NCBI GenBank assembly: GCA_965198005.1
Contig: CBDAOI010000004.1
Coordinates: forward strand, 800,001 to 864,000
DNA from: Spirochaetia bacterium
GTDB taxonomy: Bacteria > Spirochaetota > Spirochaetia > SZUA-6 > Bin103
DNA: 64,000 bases
Reading direction: 5' to 3'
Part shown: positions 62,164 through 64,000 of the stretch, piece by piece
Position numbering within the stretch: position 1 is the stretch's first letter
Layout of the letters: each line of letters begins with the position of its first letter
Made by a program: the position numbers and the translations under genes
Notes under the pieces: generated by a model
Told to the model about the DNA's origin: nothing
Seen by the model: the letters and a program-made list of their open reading frames with translations, nothing else
Database searches by the model: none

Positions 62164-63555
62164 TCGCAGCCATTCGCCGGCGATGCGGCGGTGCCGGGCC
62201 AGCATGTCGCCGGTGGCGGGGGCGGTGAGGACGCCGTCGGTCACCAGGGAGCGGCCGGCGACGACCGTGTGGCGGGCGGCTACCGGACCGCAGCGCAGCA
62301 GCGCCTCGACCGGGTCGGACAAGGCTCCGGCGAAGGCAATGCCGGCCCCGTCCACGCTGCCGGACACCGGCCAGACCACCAGATCGCCGGCCCGTCCCGG
62401 CGCCAGGCAGCCGATGTCGTCCCGCCCCAGGCAGGCGGCGCCGCCCAGGGTCGCCATCTCCAGCGCCTCGCGCGCCTGCATCGCCCGCGGCCCGCCGCGC
62501 AGCCGGGCCAGCAGCAGCGCGCCGCGGGTCTCCAGCCACAGCGACGCGCAGTCCGCCGACGCCGAGCCGTCGCAGCCGATCCCCACCGGGACGCCGGCGG
62601 CGCGCAGCTCCCGCACCGGAGCCAGACCGGCGCCCAGAATCTGGTTCGAGCTCGGACAGTGCGCCACGCCGGTTCCCCAGCGCCCGAGGCGCTCGATCTC
62701 CGCCTGATTGGGGTGCACGCAGTGTGCCACCCAGGCCCGGTCCGACCCCCAGCCGACCCGTTCGAAGTGCTCGACCGGGCGGCAGCCGAAGGCCGCCTCG
62801 CAGAAGCCGTTCTCGCCGATGTCTTCCGCCAGATGGGTGTGCAGCCGGACGTCCAGGCGCTCGGCCAGCTCGGCGGTGCGGGCCATCAGTTCCGGCGTCA
62901 CCGAGAACGGCGAGCACGGGGCCAGCGCGATGCGCACCAGCGCGCCCGGCGCCGGATCGTGGTGCAGCGCCACCAGCCGCTCGCAGTCGGCCAGGATCCG
63001 GTCGTCGTCCTGCACCACGGCATCCGGCGGCAGGCCGCCGTCCTTGACCGACAGGCTCATCGACCCGCGCGTCGGGTGGAAGCGAAACCCCAGTTCGCGC
63101 GCGGCGGCGATCTCAGCGCTGATCAGGTCACCGGCGCCGCGCGGGTGGACGTACAGGTGGTCGGTGGTGGTGGTGCAGCCGCCCAGCGCCAGCTCGCTCA
63201 ACCCGATCCACGCCGACACGTAGGCGGCTTCCTCGTCCAGGCGGCTCCACACCGGATACAGCACGCGCAACCAGTCGAACAGGCCGCCGGTCAGGGCCGG
63301 CGCGAAGGCGCGGGTCAGGTTCTGAAACAGGTGGTGGTGCGTGTTGATCAGTCCCGGCGTTACCAGACAGCCGGCGGCGTCGATCAAGCGGTCGGCCGGC
63401 GGCTCCCGGCCCGGCTCGCCCAGCGCCGCCACCAACCCGTCGCGGACCGCCACCCAGCCGCCGGGAATCTCGCGCCGCTCGGCATCCATCGTCACCAGTA
63501 GTTCGGCGCCGCGGACGCACAGATCCGCCCGCCCGCCGCGCCCCATGCTCTCCAT
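62134..63555 (-). CDS. 8-oxoguanine deaminase-like amidohydrolase
   Basis: PGLINTHHHLFQ, APCSPFSV, HTHLAE, HCPSSN, DGSAS. Confidence 0.88.
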   Translation of the reverse strand: MESMGRGGRADLCVRGAELLVTMDAERREIPGGWVAVRDGLVAALGEPGREPPADRLIDAAGCLVTPGLINTHHHLFQNLTRAFAPALTGGLFDWLRVLYPVWSRLDEEAAYVSAWIGLSELALGGCTTTTDHLYVHPRGAGDLISAEIAAARELGFRFHPTRGSMSLSVKDGGLPPDAVVQDDDRILADCERLVALHHDPAPGALVRIALAPCSPFSVTPELMARTAELAERLDVRLHTHLAEDIGENGFCEAAFGCRPVEHFERVGWGSDRAWVAHCVHPNQAEIERLGRWGTGVAHCPSSNQILGAGLAPVRELRAAGVPVGIGCDGSASADCASLWLETRGALLLARLRGGPRAMQAREALEMATLGGAACLGRDDIGCLAPGRAGDLVVWPVSGSVDGAGIAFAGALSDPVEALLRCGPVAARHTVVAGRSLVTDGVLTAPATGDMLARHRRIAGEWLRSSFPVRLIR

Positions 63556-63697
63556 CTCCGACGGTACGGTTCCCCCACCCTGAAGCGATTGTCAACGCGG
63601 CAGCCAAGACGGCCCAGGACGGCACGGTGGGGAGCGCAGCCCGTGTGCGCTATCATCGGGTCGGCCGCGGGGCGGCGGTGCCCGCCAGGAGGATACT

Positions 63698-64000
63698 TTG
63701 AAGGTTACCCCGGTCGGAGAATCCTGCCAGCTACCGCAACTTGGCCCGCCACGTCTCGCTACCCATAGCGGCCGGCGAGCAATGGGCTTCCAAGTGGCCG
63801 TTCCGGGAAGTGATCGAGGAGGAGCTGATCAACTACGCACGCGTCGACCTGTGCATCGTCGGGGGCCGCTGTTTCCGCAGCAGATCGGCTGGCAGGACGG
63901 CTTCGCGTTCGCCCACGACACCCCCGGCCTGGGCGTGGAGATGGACCTCGACGTGGCCGCGGCGTCACCCTTGACCCCGCGCGACTGGCCGCCGCGCCTC
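63698..64000 (+). pseudogene. Mandelate racemase/galactonate dehydratase-family remnant
   Basis: AGGAGG + MKVT start joined to PIAAGEQWASKW..RVDLCIVGG, then PGLGVE; multiple deletions. Confidence 0.7.

Overview
High-GC bacterial chromosomal window. The 'LWAAGAEE/AFARGGED' signal peptides and a troABCD operon suggest a spirochaete-like host (inference). Intact housekeeping genes are polA, leuS, ilvB/ilvN, folD, a cyclodeaminase, a DEAD-box helicase, troABCD, xdhCAB, an amidohydrolase and an aldolase. They are interleaved with heavily eroded accessory DNA: a truncated BREX locus (PglX tail, AbiE pair, frameshifted pglZ, intact brxL), IS3/IS1380/RIT/Rpn remnants, about 7 toxin-antitoxin modules, and an expanded family-5 peptide ABC transporter cluster with many internally deleted gene fragments. 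Three non-coding signals stand out. (1) A ~470-nt ORF-less group II intron-like RNA lies between a substrate-binding-protein gene and its permease (23830-24301). (2) A repeated promoter + short-ORF module occurs four times, three of them with a C14-C18 tract. (3) A conserved 11-codon uORF (MILKEPHARAA) sits in a structured, switch-like leader before two substrate-binding-protein genes. Items 2 and 3 together are a candidate phase-variable translational attenuation system. No tRNA, rRNA or CRISPR array was seen. All family calls come from motif recognition, not database searches.
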